A stretch of DNA of 64,000 nt, from NCBI RefSeq assembly GCF_022846255.1, contig NZ_AP025682.1. The stretch is one strand, 5' to 3'. How positions within the stretch are numbered: the first letter of the stretch is position 1; the number at the start of each line of letters is the position of its first letter. The notes under the pieces are model-generated. The model had not been told where the DNA came from, searched no databases, and saw only the letters and a list, made by a program, of their open reading frames with translations. The stretch comes from Escherichia coli (GTDB lineage Bacteria; Pseudomonadota; Gammaproteobacteria; Enterobacterales; Enterobacteriaceae). Both the position numbers and the translations under genes were made by a program. Of this stretch, positions 35,504-49,649 are shown in pieces.

Positions 35504-36202
35504 ATGAATAAAATCCTGTTAGTTGATGATGACCGAGAGCTGACTTCCCTATTAAAGGAGCTGCTCGAGATGGAAGGCTTCAACGTGATTGTTGCCCACG
35601 ATGGGGAACAGGCGCTTGATCTTCTGGACGACAGCATTGATTTACTTTTGCTTGATGTAATGATGCCGAAGAAAAATGGTATCGACACATTAAAAGCACT
35701 TCGCCAGACACACCAGACGCCTGTCATTATGTTGACGGCGCGCGGCAGTGAACTTGATCGCGTTCTCGGGCTTGAGCTGGGCGCAGATGACTATCTCCCA
35801 AAACCGTTTAATGATCGTGAGCTGGTGGCACGTATTCGCGCGATCCTGCGCCGTTCGCACTGGAGCGAACAACAGCAAAACAACGACAACGGTTCACCGA
35901 CACTGGAAGTTGATGCCTTAAGTCTCAATCCTGGTCGCCAGGAAGCCAGCTTCGACGGGCAAACACTGGAGTTAACCGGTACTGAGTTTACCCTGCTCTA
36001 TTTGCTGGCACAGCATCTGGGTCAGGTGGTTTCCCGTGAGCATTTAAGCCAGGAAGTGCTGGGCAAGCGCCTGACGCCTTTCGACCGCGCTATCGATATG
36101 CACATTTCCAACCTGCGTCGTAAACTGCCGGATCGTAAAGATGGTCACCCGTGGTTTAAAACCCTGCGTGGTCGCGGCTATCTGATGGTTTCTGCTTCAT
36201 GA
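35504..36202 (+). CDS. cpxR: two-component response regulator CpxR
   Basis: 232 aa, MNKILLVDDDRELTSLLKELLEMEGF. Confidence 0.95.
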   Translation: MNKILLVDDDRELTSLLKELLEMEGFNVIVAHDGEQALDLLDDSIDLLLLDVMMPKKNGIDTLKALRQTHQTPVIMLTARGSELDRVLGLELGADDYLPKPFNDRELVARIRAILRRSHWSEQQQNNDNGSPTLEVDALSLNPGRQEASFDGQTLELTGTEFTLLYLLAQHLGQVVSREHLSQEVLGKRLTPFDRAIDMHISNLRRKLPDRKDGHPWFKTLRGRGYLMVSAS

Positions 36203-37572
36203 TAGGCAGCTTAACCGCGCGCATCTTCGCCATCTTCTGGCTGACGCTGGCGCTGGTGTTGATGTTGGTTTTGATGTTACCCAAGCTCGATTCACGCCAG
36301 ATGACCGAGCTTCTGGATAGCGAACAGCGTCAGGGTCTGATGATTGAGCAGCATGTCGAAGCGGAGCTGGCGAACGATCCGCCCAACGATTTAATGTGGT
36401 GGCGGCGTCTGTTCCGGGCGATTGATAAGTGGGCACCGCCAGGACAACGTTTGTTATTGGTGACCACCGAAGGCCGCGTGATCGGCGCTGAACGCAGCGA
36501 AATGCAGATCATTCGTAACTTTATTGGTCAGGCCGATAACGCCGATCATCCGCAGAAGAAAAAGTATGGTCGCGTGGAACTGGTCGGTCCGTTCTCCGTG
36601 CGTGATGGCGAAGATAATTACCAACTTTATCTGATTCGTCCGGCCAGCAGTTCTCAATCCGATTTCATCAACTTACTGTTTGACCGCCCGCTATTACTGC
36701 TGATTGTCACCATGCTGGTCAGTACGCCGCTGCTGTTGTGGTTGGCCTGGAGTCTGGCAAAACCGGCGCGTAAGCTGAAAAACGCTGCCGATGAAGTTGC
36801 CCAGGGAAACTTACGCCAGCACCCGGAACTGGAAGCGGGGCCACAGGAATTCCTTGCCGCCGGTGCCAGTTTTAACCAGATGGTCACCGCGCTGGAGCGC
36901 ATGATGACCTCTCAGCAGCGTCTACTTTCTGATATCTCTCACGAACTGCGCACCCCGCTGACGCGTCTGCAACTGGGTACGGCGTTACTGCGCCGTCGTA
37001 GCGGTGAAAGCAAGGAACTGGAGCGTATTGAAACCGAAGCGCAACGTCTGGACAGCATGATCAACGATCTGTTGGTGATGTCACGTAATCAGCAGAAAAA
37101 TGCGCTGGTTAGCGAGACCATCAAAGCCAACCAGTTGTGGAGTGAAGTGCTGGATAACGCGGCGTTCGAAGCCGAGCAAATGGGCAAGTCGTTGACGGTT
37201 AACTTCCCACCTGGGCCGTGGCCGCTGTACGGCAACCCGAACGCCCTGGAAAGTGCGCTGGAAAACATTGTTCGTAATGCTCTGCGTTATTCCCATACGA
37301 AGATTGAAGTGGGCTTTGCGGTAGATAAAGACGGTATCACCATTACGGTGGACGACGATGGTCCTGGCGTTAGCCCGGAAGATCGCGAACAGATTTTCCG
37401 TCCATTCTATCGGACCGATGAAGCACGCGATCGTGAATCTGGCGGTACAGGTTTGGGGCTGGCGATTGTAGAAACCGCCATTCAGCAGCATCGTGGCTGG
37501 GTGAAGGCAGAAGACAGCCCGCTGGGCGGTTTACGGCTGGTGATTTGGTTGCCGCTGTATAAGCGGAGTTAA
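36199..37572 (+). CDS. cpxA: two-component sensor histidine kinase CpxA
   Basis: 457 aa, H-box SHELRTPLTRL; overlaps cpxR stop. Confidence 0.95.
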   Translation: MIGSLTARIFAIFWLTLALVLMLVLMLPKLDSRQMTELLDSEQRQGLMIEQHVEAELANDPPNDLMWWRRLFRAIDKWAPPGQRLLLVTTEGRVIGAERSEMQIIRNFIGQADNADHPQKKKYGRVELVGPFSVRDGEDNYQLYLIRPASSSQSDFINLLFDRPLLLLIVTMLVSTPLLLWLAWSLAKPARKLKNAADEVAQGNLRQHPELEAGPQEFLAAGASFNQMVTALERMMTSQQRLLSDISHELRTPLTRLQLGTALLRRRSGESKELERIETEAQRLDSMINDLLVMSRNQQKNALVSETIKANQLWSEVLDNAAFEAEQMGKSLTVNFPPGPWPLYGNPNALESALENIVRNALRYSHTKIEVGFAVDKDGITITVDDDGPGVSPEDREQIFRPFYRTDEARDRESGGTGLGLAIVETAIQQHRGWVKAEDSPLGGLRLVIWLPLYKRS

Positions 37573-37583
37573 ACTCCGCATTT

Positions 37584-37667
37584 GTAGGCAGGATAAGGCG
37601 TTTACGCCGCATCCGGCATTTGAGCAGGATGCCTGATGCGACGCTGATAGCGTCTTATCAGGCCTAC
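37584..37667. repeat. pair of inverted REP elements (BIME) between cpxA and yiiM
   Basis: gtaggcaggataaggcgtttacgccgcatccggca and gcctgatgcgacgctgatagcgtcttatcaggcctac. Confidence 0.8.
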
Positions 37668-37677
37668 ACTCCGGGGG

Positions 37678-38352
37678 TTATTTTCCCCACAAACGGCGGG
37701 AAAAATCTTCGATCTTGCCGCTAAGTCGGCGCTTTTGCATCGTTCGCGTCCAGCTTTTCGATAACCCTGCGGCGGAGAGTAAACGGTGATACTGATCGTC
37801 ATCAAACGGCATATGCCATGCGATGGCGGCAGCCTCCTGCACGGTCACATCGCTGACACGGGAAACCAACTCCAGCGGCGCATCAGCAGATACCAACCCT
37901 GGTGCAATTACGCTATACAACCACCCCACTTTACCCGTGTTTTGCATCAACTGCGCTATATCGCTGATATCAAAATGGTAATTGAGTTTATAGCAAGGTG
38001 AGCGTGGCTGGCTGACCTGAATTAATGCCTCTCCCCAGCGGAAAATATCACCAATATAAACATTACTTTCCGTCAGACCGTCGGTTGAGAGATTTTCGCC
38101 AAACGCAGGCGCAACAAACAGCTCCGCCTGTTCCGGAAATTCCCGCGCCCAGTAGAGATAATGCTCACGAGGATAATGACACAGCGCTCTGTCTGGCCCG
38201 CCGTGGATCTTTTTCTCCGCCTGTTCGTCACCTTCCAGCCCCAGGTCCGTCAGCATCAACTCACCATCAACCTGGATTTTGGCAATTGCGCTGGGTTTGC
38301 CTTCGGGATAAGCCTGAATCTTGCCTGTGTATACATCAACCGGATATCGCAT
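37678..38352 (-). CDS. yiiM: MOSC-domain protein YiiM
   Basis: 224 aa from MRYPVDVYTGKIQAYPEGKP. Confidence 0.85.
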   Translation of the reverse strand: MRYPVDVYTGKIQAYPEGKPSAIAKIQVDGELMLTDLGLEGDEQAEKKIHGGPDRALCHYPREHYLYWAREFPEQAELFVAPAFGENLSTDGLTESNVYIGDIFRWGEALIQVSQPRSPCYKLNYHFDISDIAQLMQNTGKVGWLYSVIAPGLVSADAPLELVSRVSDVTVQEAAAIAWHMPFDDDQYHRLLSAAGLSKSWTRTMQKRRLSGKIEDFSRRLWGK

Positions 38353-38500
38353 CTGTTCCCTCTCCACGAGAAATTTCCCCATTAGACCATATTTATTTTA
38401 TGTCAGGCGTGCTGTTTTCGCGGTAAGTATCCAGGCAGAAACGCAATTGAAAACCGGACGAACGTTAGTTCATCCGGCTGTGGGGATTAAGGAAGTTGGT

Positions 38501-39202
38501 TTATTTCACCGTACCTAAAATTTCGATTTTCGCCGCTCTGGCTTTGACTTTACGTGACCAGATAGAGGTAAGAATTGGCACCAGAATCGAAGTCACAATG
38601 ACCGCCGTCGCTACCAGCGAAGTTGCTGCCGGAGCCATAGGTTTAAACGCAGGCACCATTTCTGCAATCAGCACAGGTGTCGCTACCGCGGCCCCTGCGG
38701 AACTGGAAGCGGCAATTCCGGCAGTGCCCAGAATAATCATCGTCATGAGCGGCCCGGACTCCAACGACATCAACACAAATGCCCCAGCTTCTTCTTTTGT
38801 GCCGTACTGCTGCATGATGGAAGCGTAAAGTCCGCCGTTGGTCATATCCATCGCCGCCACCAGCGCCAGCGTTGAAAGTCCGGCAAAGAATCCAACTTCA
38901 ACACCATGTTCCGGAATAATGCGCGAGGCAATTGCCGCAACCACCCACGCGACGGCAATTTTAGTTACCACCAGCGTACCGGATTTACGCAGTACCGTTC
39001 CCGTCGCGCTTAATTTTATTGACGCCCCCATGCAAAAAAACCACACCGCCAGAATGGGCACCGTACCGGTAATCATCCCGTTGGTGAATGATCCAAAATA
39101 TTTCCCCGCCCCCGGCGAGAAGGTGTGGCACAGTGCGCCAAGGAATAGCGGGACGAGCATCATCCCCCCCGGGATTTTCTCAATCGAGCGTTTTATCTGC
39201 AT
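38501..39202 (-). CDS. kdgT: 2-keto-3-deoxygluconate permease KdgT, apparently shortened by an in-frame internal deletion (233 aa versus about 327 aa recalled for K-12)
   Basis: N- and C-terminal segments look KdgT-like but the ORF is about 94 codons short; possibly nonfunctional. Confidence 0.6.
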   Translation of the reverse strand: MQIKRSIEKIPGGMMLVPLFLGALCHTFSPGAGKYFGSFTNGMITGTVPILAVWFFCMGASIKLSATGTVLRKSGTLVVTKIAVAWVVAAIASRIIPEHGVEVGFFAGLSTLALVAAMDMTNGGLYASIMQQYGTKEEAGAFVLMSLESGPLMTMIILGTAGIAASSSAGAAVATPVLIAEMVPAFKPMAPAATSLVATAVIVTSILVPILTSIWSRKVKARAAKIEILGTVK

Positions 39203-39461
39203 TTCCATCACCTGTCGGCATATTTTTAAGGGCTGATGCGTAATTCCTCAACGGAGCATCAATGTTGATGAAAACGAAGATAGACATTCATTTAATCAAT
39301 AAAAGTGATCAAAACCACATCAATTGAAACACTGTTTTATTTTTATCAGATTATTGTTTTTATTTTGAAATTAATCACAAAAAAACCACCGCCGTTGGCG
39401 ATGGTTCATTCTTTAAGCTGATATGCGGCGTAAACGCCTCATTGCAGCAGGCGGCAAATGA

Positions 39462-40082
39462 TTATTTTTTCGCCGCGAAACGTGCCGCTGCTTCGTCCCA
39501 GTTCACCACGTTCCAGAACTCTTTGATGTAGTCCGGACGGCGGTTCTGGAATTTCAGGTAGTAAGCATGTTCCCACACATCCAGGCCCACAATCGGGAAG
39601 CCGGAAGCGCCAGAAATAGCTTCACCCATCAGCGGGGAGTCCTGGTTAGCAGTAGAAACCACCGCCAGTTTATCGCCTTTCAGCACCAGCCATGCCCAGC
39701 CGGAACCAAAGCGGGAAGCTGCCGCTTTCTCAAATTCTGCTTTGAAGTTATCAACGGAACCGAAGTCACGTTCGATAGCCGCTTTCAGGTCACCCTGCAG
39801 GGTGGTGCCTTTTTTCAGACCTTTCCAGAACAGACTGTGGTTAGCGTGACCACCAGCGTTATTGCGCAGTACGGTTTTCTTGTCTGCTGGCAGCTGGTCC
39901 AGTTTGGTGATCAGCTCTTCAACCGGCAGGTTAGCGAATTCTGGCAGGTTTTCCAGCGCCGCGTTGGCGTTGTTGACGTAAGTCTGATGGTGTTTGGTGT
40001 GGTGGATTTCCATGGTCTGCTTATCGAAGTGCGGTTCCAGGGCATCGTAAGCATACGGCAGGGATGGCAGGGTATAACTCAT
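39462..40082 (-). CDS. sodA: manganese superoxide dismutase
   Basis: 206 aa from [32 protein letters not shown]. Confidence 0.95.
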   Translation of the reverse strand: MSYTLPSLPYAYDALEPHFDKQTMEIHHTKHHQTYVNNANAALENLPEFANLPVEELITKLDQLPADKKTVLRNNAGGHANHSLFWKGLKKGTTLQGDLKAAIERDFGSVDNFKAEFEKAAASRFGSGWAWLVLKGDKLAVVSTANQDSPLMGEAISGASGFPIVGLDVWEHAYYLKFQNRRPDYIKEFWNVVNWDEAAARFAAKK

Positions 40083-40367
40083 ATTCATCTCCAGTGTTGT
40101 CGGGCGGCCGATTGTTAATGCCGCGTAAGCAGTTGGTTCATTATAGTTAATTAAATGATATTGAAAATGATTATCAATGCCGTACTTTTCATAAGGGTAT
40201 GGTTTTGCAGGAAAATGCCCAAGATGTGAAGCAAATCACCCACTTAATGCCGTGATTGCCAGTAAATCGGCAGCGGCGGCAACAGGCGAAAGGTTAATCG
40301 ACAGCTCAATTTTTACACTCATCTCGTCGGAGATGTGACGCGACGAAAAAATGATGAGGATAAGAAG

Positions 40368-41402
40368 ATGAGTAACGCGATTACGATGGGGATATTTTGG
40401 CATTTGATCGGCGCGGCCAGTGCAGCCTGTTTTTACGCTCCGTTCAAAAAAGTAAAAAAATGGTCATGGGAAACCATGTGGTCAGTCGGTGGGATTGTTT
40501 CGTGGATTATCCTGCCGTGGGCCATCAGCGCCCTGTTACTACCGAATTTCTGGGCGTATTACAGCTCGTTTAGTCTCTCTACGCTGCTGCCTGTTTTTCT
40601 GTTCGGCGCTATGTGGGGGATCGGTAATATCAACTACGGCCTGACCATGCGTTATCTCGGCATGTCGATGGGAATTGGCATCGCCATTGGCATTACGTTG
40701 ATTGTCGGTACGCTGATGACGCCAATTATCAACGGCAATTTCGATGTGCTGATTAATACCGAAGGCGGACGCATGACGTTGCTCGGTGTTCTGGTGGCGC
40801 TGATTGGCGTAGGGATTGTAACTCGCGCCGGGCAGTTGAAAGAGCGCAAGATGGGCATTAAAGCCGAAGAGTTCAATCTGAAAAAAGGGCTGGTGCTGGC
40901 GGTGATGTGCGGCATTTTCTCTGCCGGGATGTCCTTTGCGATGAACGCCGCAAAACCGATGCATGAAGCCGCTGCCGCGCTGGGCGTCGATCCCCTGTAT
41001 GTCGCTCTGCCAAGCTATGTTGTCATCATGGGCGGCGGCGCAATCATCAACCTCGGCTTCTGCTTCATTCGTCTGGCAAAAGTGAAAGATTTGTCGCTAA
41101 AAGCCGACTTCTCGCTGGCAAAACCGCTGATCATTCACAATGTGTTACTCTCAGCACTGGGCGGGTTGATGTGGTATCTGCAATTCTTTTTCTATGCCTG
41201 GGGCCACGCCCGCATTCCGGCGCAGTATGACTACATCAGCTGGATGCTGCATATGAGCTTCTATGTATTGTGCGGCGGTATCGTCGGGCTGGTGCTGAAA
41301 GAGTGGAACAATGCAGGACGCCGTCCGGTAACGGTGTTGAGCCTCGGTTGTGTGGTGATTATTGTCGCCGCTAACATCGTCGGCATCGGCATGGCGAATT
41401 AA
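40368..41402 (+). CDS. rhaT: L-rhamnose-proton symporter
   Basis: 344 aa from [26 protein letters not shown]. Confidence 0.9.
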
Positions 41403-42337
41403 TCTTTCTGCGAATTGAGATGACGCCACTGGCTGGGCGTCATCCCGGTTTCCCGGGTAAACACCACCGAAAAATAGTTACTATCTTCAAAGCCACATTC
41501 GGTCGAAATATCACTGATTAACAGGCGGCTATGCTGGAGGAGATATTGCGCATGACACACTCTGACCTGTCGCAGATACTGATTGATGGTCATTCCAGTC
41601 TGCTGACGAAATTGCTGACGCAAAACGCGCTCACTGCACGATGCCTCATCACAAAATTTATCCAGCGCAAAGGGACTTTTCAGGCTAGCCGCCAGCCGGG
41701 TAATCAGCTTATCCAGCAACGTTTCGCTGGATGTTGGCGGCAACGAATCACTGGTGTAACGATGGCGATTCAGCAACATCACCAACTGCCCGAACAGCAA
41801 CTCAGCCATTTCGTTAGCAAACGACACATGCTGACTACTTTCATGCTCAAGCTGACCGATAACCTGCCGCGCCTGCGCCATCCCCACGCTACCTAAGCGC
41901 CAGTGTGGTTGCCCTGCGCTGGCGCTAAATCCCGGAATCGCTCCCTGCCAGTCAAGATTCAGCTTCAGCCGCTCCGGGCAATAAATAATATTCTGCAAAA
42001 CCAGATCGTTAACGGAAGCGTAGGAGTGTTTATCGTCAGCATGAATATAAAAGAGATCGCCACGGGTAATGCGATAAGGACGATCGTTGAGTACATGCAG
42101 ACCATTACCGCGCCAGACAATCACCAGCTCACAAAAATCATGTGTATGTTCGGCAAAGACATCTTGCGGATAACGGTCAGCCACAGCGACTGCCTGCTGG
42201 TCGCTGGCAAAAAAATCATCTTTGAGAAGTTTTAACTGATGCGCCACCGTGGCTACCTCGGCCAGAGAACGAAGTTGATTATTCGCAATATGGCGTACAA
42301 ATACGTTGAGAAGATTCGCGTTATTGCAGAAAACCAT
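41399..42337 (-). CDS. rhaR: AraC-family activator RhaR (312 aa from ATG at 42337; a shorter 282-aa form would start at GTG 42247)
   Basis: cupin N-domain and C-terminal AraC HTH; follows rhaS. Confidence 0.85.
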
Positions 42338-43157
42338 CCCGTCCCTGACGAATATCACGCGGTGACCAGTTAAACTCTCGGCGAAAAAGCGTCGAAAAGT
42401 GGTTACTGTCGCTGAATCCGCAGCGATAGGCGATGTCAGTAACGCTGGCCTCGCTGTGGCGTAGCAGATGTCGAGCTTTCATCAGTCGCAGACGGTTCAG
42501 GTAACGCTGAGGCGTCAGCCCCGTTTGCTGCTTAAGCTGGCGATGCAGCGTACGCAATGAAAGAGAAAATTGATCCGCCACAGCGTCCCAATTCACCTCA
42601 TCGGCAAAATGGTCCTCCAGCCAGGCCAGAAGCAAGTTGAGACGTGATGCGCTGTTTTCCAGGTTCTCCTGCAAACTGCTTTTACGCAGCAAGAGCAATA
42701 ATTGCATAAATAAGATCTCGCGACTGGCGGTCGAGGGTAAATCATTTTCCCCTTCCTGCTGTTCCATCTGTGCAACCAGCTGTCGCACCTGCTGCAATAC
42801 GCTGTGGTTAACGCGCCAGTGAGACGGATACTGCCCATCCTGCTCTTGTGGCAGCAACTGATTCAGCCCGGCGAGAAACTGAAATCGATCCGGCGAGCGA
42901 TACAGCACATTGGTCAGACACAGATTATCGGTATGTTCATACAGATGCCGATCATGATCGCGTACGAAACAGACCGTCCCACCGGTGATGGTATAGGGCT
43001 GCCCATTAAATACATGAATACCCGTGCCATGTTCGACAATCACAATTTCATGAAAATCATGATGATGTTCAGGAAAATCCGCCTGCGGGAGCCGGGGTTC
43101 TATTGCCACGGACGCGTTACCAGACGGAAAAAAATCCACACTATGTAATACGGTCAT
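42321..43157 (-). CDS. rhaS: AraC-family activator RhaS
   Basis: 278 aa, [44 protein letters not shown]. Confidence 0.95.
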   Translation of the reverse strand: MTVLHSVDFFPSGNASVAIEPRLPQADFPEHHHDFHEIVIVEHGTGIHVFNGQPYTITGGTVCFVRDHDRHLYEHTDNLCLTNVLYRSPDRFQFLAGLNQLLPQEQDGQYPSHWRVNHSVLQQVRQLVAQMEQQEGENDLPSTASREILFMQLLLLLRKSSLQENLENSASRLNLLLAWLEDHFADEVNWDAVADQFSLSLRTLHRQLKQQTGLTPQRYLNRLRLMKARHLLRHSEASVTDIAYRCGFSDSNHFSTLFRREFNWSPRDIRQGRDGFLQ

Positions 43158-43320
43158 ACTGGCCTCCTGATGTCGTCAACACGGCGAAATAGTAATCACG
43201 AGGTCAGGTTCTTACCTTAAATTTTCGACGGAAAACCACGTAAAAAACGTCGATTTTTCAAGATACAGCGTGAATTTTCAGAAAATGCGGTGAGCATCAC
43301 ATCACCACAATGAAGCAAAT

Positions 43321-43336
43321 TGTGAACATCATCACG
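43321..43336. promoter_or_regulatory. CRP site TGTGAacatcaTCACG in rhaS-rhaB divergent control region
   Basis: 9 of 10 half-site positions match; about 116 bp upstream of rhaB ATG. Confidence 0.6.
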
Positions 43337-43411
43337 TTCATCTTTCCCTGGTTGCCAATGGCCCATTTTCCTGTCAGTAACGAGAAGGTCACGAATTCAG
43401 GCGCTTTTTAG

Positions 43412-46170
<2,759 letters not shown>

Positions 46171-46175
46171 ACACT

Positions 46176-46675
46176 GCCGGATGCGGCACAAGTGCCTTAT
46201 CCGGCCTACAGGTCAGCAACAGTTGTAGCCCTGATAAGACGCGACAGCGTCGCATCAGGCATTGATTGCCGGATGCGGCACGAGTGCCTTATCCGGCCTA
46301 CGGGTCGGCAATAGTTGTAGGCCTGATAAGACGCGACAGCGTCGCATCAGGCATTGATTGCCGGATGCGGCACGAGCGCCATATCCGGCCTACGGGTCGG
46401 CAATAGTTGTAGGCCTGATAAGACGCGACAGCGTCGCATCAGGCATTGATTGCCGGATGCGGCACGAGTGCCTTATCCGGCCTACGGGTCAGCAACAGTT
46501 GTAGGCCTGATAAGACGCGACAGCGTCGCATCAGGCATTGATTGCCGGATGCGGCACAAGTGCCTTATCCGGCCTACGGGTCGGCAATAGTTGTAGGCCT
46601 GATAAGACGCGACAGCGTCGCATCAGGCATTGATTGCCGGATGCGGCACGAGTGCCTTATCCGGCCTACGGGTCG
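46176..46675. repeat. tandem array of about 5.4 copies of a 92-bp BIME unit (two inverted REP elements per unit) between rhaA and rhaD
   Basis: unit starts at 46176, 46268, 46360, 46452, 46544 and 46636 with exact 92-bp period and a few point differences. Confidence 0.9.
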
Positions 46676-46712
46676 TGCATCCGACAACACCGAATTAACA
46701 GGAACACAGAAC

Positions 46713-47537
46713 ATGCAAAACATAACCCAGTCCTGGTTTGTCCAGGGAATGATCAAAGCCACCACCGATGCCTGGCTGAAAGGCTGGGACGAGCGCAACG
46801 GCGGCAACCTGACGCTGCGCCTGGATGACGCCGATATCGCACCATATCACGACATTTTTCACCAACAACCGCGCTATATCCCGCTCAGCCAGCCCATGCC
46901 TTTACTGGCAAATACACCGTTTATTGTCACCGGCTCGGGCAAATTCTTCCGTAACGTCCAGCTTGATCCTGCGGCTAACTTAGGCATCGTAAAAGTCGAC
47001 AGCGACGGCGCGGGCTACCACATTCTTTGGGGGTTAACCAACGAAGCCGTCCCCACTTCCGAACTTCCGGCTCACTTTCTCTCCCACTGCGAGCGCATTA
47101 AAGCCACCAACGGTAAAGATCGGGTGATCATGCACTGCCATGCCACCAACCTGATCGCCCTTACCTACGTACTGGAAAACGACACCGCGGTCTTCACTCG
47201 CCAGCTTTGGGAAGGCAGCACCGAGTGTCTGGTAGTGTTCCCGGATGGCGTTGGAATTCTGCCGTGGATGGTGCCCGGCACGGACGAAATCGGCCAGGCG
47301 ACCGCACAGGAAATGCAAAAACATTCGCTGGTGTTGTGGCCCTTCCACGGCGTCTTCGGCAGCGGTCCGACACTGGATGAAACATTCGGTTTAATCGACA
47401 CCGCAGAAAAATCAGCACAAATATTAGTGAAGGTTTATTCGATGGGCGGCATGAAACAGACCATCAGCCGTGAAGAGTTGATAGCACTCGGCCAGCGTTT
47501 CGGCGTTACACCACTCGCCAGTGCGCTGGCGCTGTAA
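46713..47537 (+). CDS. rhaD: rhamnulose-1-phosphate aldolase
   Basis: 274 aa from [25 protein letters not shown]; ORF track upstream extension lies in the REP array. Confidence 0.95.
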   Translation: MQNITQSWFVQGMIKATTDAWLKGWDERNGGNLTLRLDDADIAPYHDIFHQQPRYIPLSQPMPLLANTPFIVTGSGKFFRNVQLDPAANLGIVKVDSDGAGYHILWGLTNEAVPTSELPAHFLSHCERIKATNGKDRVIMHCHATNLIALTYVLENDTAVFTRQLWEGSTECLVVFPDGVGILPWMVPGTDEIGQATAQEMQKHSLVLWPFHGVFGSGPTLDETFGLIDTAEKSAQILVKVYSMGGMKQTISREELIALGQRFGVTPLASALAL

Positions 47538-47546
47538 GGAGCAAAC

Positions 47547-47861
47547 ATGATCCGCAAAGCCTTTGTCATGCAGGTAAACCCCGACGCCCACGAAGAGTAT
47601 CAGCGTCGGCATAATCCCATCTGGCCGGAACTGGAAGCCGTGCTGAAATCTCACGGTGCGCATAACTACGCCATCTATCTCGACAAAGCGCGTAATCTGC
47701 TATTTGCCACGATAGAGATTGAATCTGAAGAGCGGTGGAATGCGGTTGCCAGTACAGATGTTTGCCAACGTTGGTGGAAGTATATGACCGACGTTATGCC
47801 AGCTAACCCGGATAACAGCCCAGTCAGTAGCGAGCTGCAAGAAGTGTTTTACCTACCTTAA
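47547..47861 (+). CDS. rhaM: L-rhamnose mutarotase
   Basis: 104 aa, [30 protein letters not shown]. Confidence 0.9.
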   Translation: MIRKAFVMQVNPDAHEEYQRRHNPIWPELEAVLKSHGAHNYAIYLDKARNLLFATIEIESEERWNAVASTDVCQRWWKYMTDVMPANPDNSPVSSELQEVFYLP

Positions 47862-47901
47862 TGAGTTGCGGTGCCGGAAAATATCCAGCACCGCGCCTTC
47901 A

Positions 47902-49296
47902 TCAGAAGAAGTATTTAAAGCGAACGCGTGCGCCGTAACGGTCATCAGTATCATCACCGTGTTTTTTATCACCGTCGCTATCCAGAATGGAGTAATAAGT
48001 ACCAAGGTAAATATTAAAGTTCTCCATATCCATCACATTAGCGAACTGGTAAGACGCATGAATGGTGTGAATGGTGTACGTCCCTTCATCATCAATCCAG
48101 CAGTCGTTATCACAAACTACACCGCTGAATTCATCAATCTTATTGTGCGCGTAGATATAACCCAGCTCGAAACGTTTCCACAGCGCGTTAATCCCGGCAG
48201 TGAAATCTTTCTCATTATTAGCATCTAAATAGGCGGTATTAAGATTAACCACGACGCCATTTTCCGGATCCGTTTTCAGGCCATTCCAGGTCATGCTCAT
48301 ACCATAGCCGGTACGATCGGACTGATCGACAAAATTACCCTTGCTATCGGTATAACCATAAGCATTATTTACCATATTCGCTTCCATCGCTGCGGAAACG
48401 GTGAATTCTTCCGTCGGCGACCAGGCAATTACCGGACGCAGATAAGCAACATTTTTCTGCTGTTCCATATCGCGTCCATGATAATTACCGTCGTTATATA
48501 AAGATGTTCCATCTTCCAGTAACGTGTTTAATTCAAAATACCAGTTATCGAGTTGTTTGCTGACGAGGAAATTACCGCCAGCGTTAGAACGTCCGCGGCC
48601 CTCTTTCATCATATAGATATAACCGCTGCCATCGTCATAAAGATCGTTCGCAGTATTACCGGAATGTTCAACAAAGGTATCCTGACTCAGCGGGAACATA
48701 TCGTAGGCTTCAAAACGGCCTACTTTGACCTTCCAGTCGTTTTCTTTGCCAAAGAAGAAAACCGCATCATCGATATTTACTGAACCGTGCATATCCCCCA
48801 GCGGTTGTACGGAGAACCCAGCGAAATAGCCATTATCCAGTTTTCGCATACCATCAAAACCTAACAGAATACGACCATTGAGATTCCACTGTTCATTAGT
48901 GGGATCGCTATTCACATCAGCGTTGGTCATTGCCAGCAGGCCATGATTACTTTCCGCATCCATATTAAATTCTACGTCACCGTAGATTTTTAAATCGCCA
49001 TACCCTGAAAGCAGGAGATTAGGCGGGGTGGCGTTTTTCTTCTCTGACTCCGTCGTTGATTGACCGTTTACCGGCGTGTTGCCCTGTGCGATCTTAATTT
49101 CGCGGATCTCGGCGGCTTGTTGTGTCTGAAGCTGTTTAACCTGCCCCTCTGCTTTTGCTGCCCGCATTTCTGCCGCTTCCAGGCGTTCTTCCAGCAATGC
49201 CATGCGTTGTTCCAGCGTTAAATGCTGTGTTTTTGCCATACCGGTACTACATGCCAATAATAAACCGATGGCTAAAGATAATGTCGATTTTTTCAT
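47902..49296 (-). CDS. outer-membrane porin, probably substrate-specific (carbohydrate-porin-like), with N-terminal coiled-coil extension
   Basis: 464 aa; signal peptide; coiled-coil LEQRMALLEERLEAAEMRAAKAEGQVKQLQ; C-terminal FKYFF; 353-bp AT-rich upstream region. Confidence 0.5.
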   Translation of the reverse strand: MKKSTLSLAIGLLLACSTGMAKTQHLTLEQRMALLEERLEAAEMRAAKAEGQVKQLQTQQAAEIREIKIAQGNTPVNGQSTTESEKKNATPPNLLLSGYGDLKIYGDVEFNMDAESNHGLLAMTNADVNSDPTNEQWNLNGRILLGFDGMRKLDNGYFAGFSVQPLGDMHGSVNIDDAVFFFGKENDWKVKVGRFEAYDMFPLSQDTFVEHSGNTANDLYDDGSGYIYMMKEGRGRSNAGGNFLVSKQLDNWYFELNTLLEDGTSLYNDGNYHGRDMEQQKNVAYLRPVIAWSPTEEFTVSAAMEANMVNNAYGYTDSKGNFVDQSDRTGYGMSMTWNGLKTDPENGVVVNLNTAYLDANNEKDFTAGINALWKRFELGYIYAHNKIDEFSGVVCDNDCWIDDEGTYTIHTIHASYQFANVMDMENFNIYLGTYYSILDSDGDKKHGDDTDDRYGARVRFKYFF

Positions 49297-49649
49297 TATT
49301 TACGTTCCCTGAAATAAAGGAGACCCTACGCTTTCCAAAAGGAATACGTATATAGAGAAATATAAGGTGTGCACTTTCGAATTTTTAATCCAACTTCAGC
49401 AGGCCGATGGATAGTATCCCGCTGCATAATATGAGTAAATCCGCTGATTTCCTGGAACGTGAGGAATATAACAATAGTGCCGTTTTTAACTAAATATCGT
49501 AAAAAATATTAGATATAATTCACGCTGACTCATAAGCCACAAATATAAATAACGCTTAAACAAATTATCTGAGACATTTTAACATTCACAAAATCATTAA
49601 ATAATGATACTTTATTCACAAAATTTATCCTTCACTCTGCTTTATATTG

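Noticed and set aside
46176-46675. Regular tandem repeats that could be mistaken for a CRISPR array
   Set aside because: Units are contiguous 92-bp BIME/REP elements with no unique spacers, and no cas genes are nearby.
46542-46712. N-terminal extension of rhaD called by the ORF track (331-aa ORF)
   Set aside because: The extension lies wholly inside the REP array and translates into low-complexity sequence; RhaD starts at MQNITQSW (46713).
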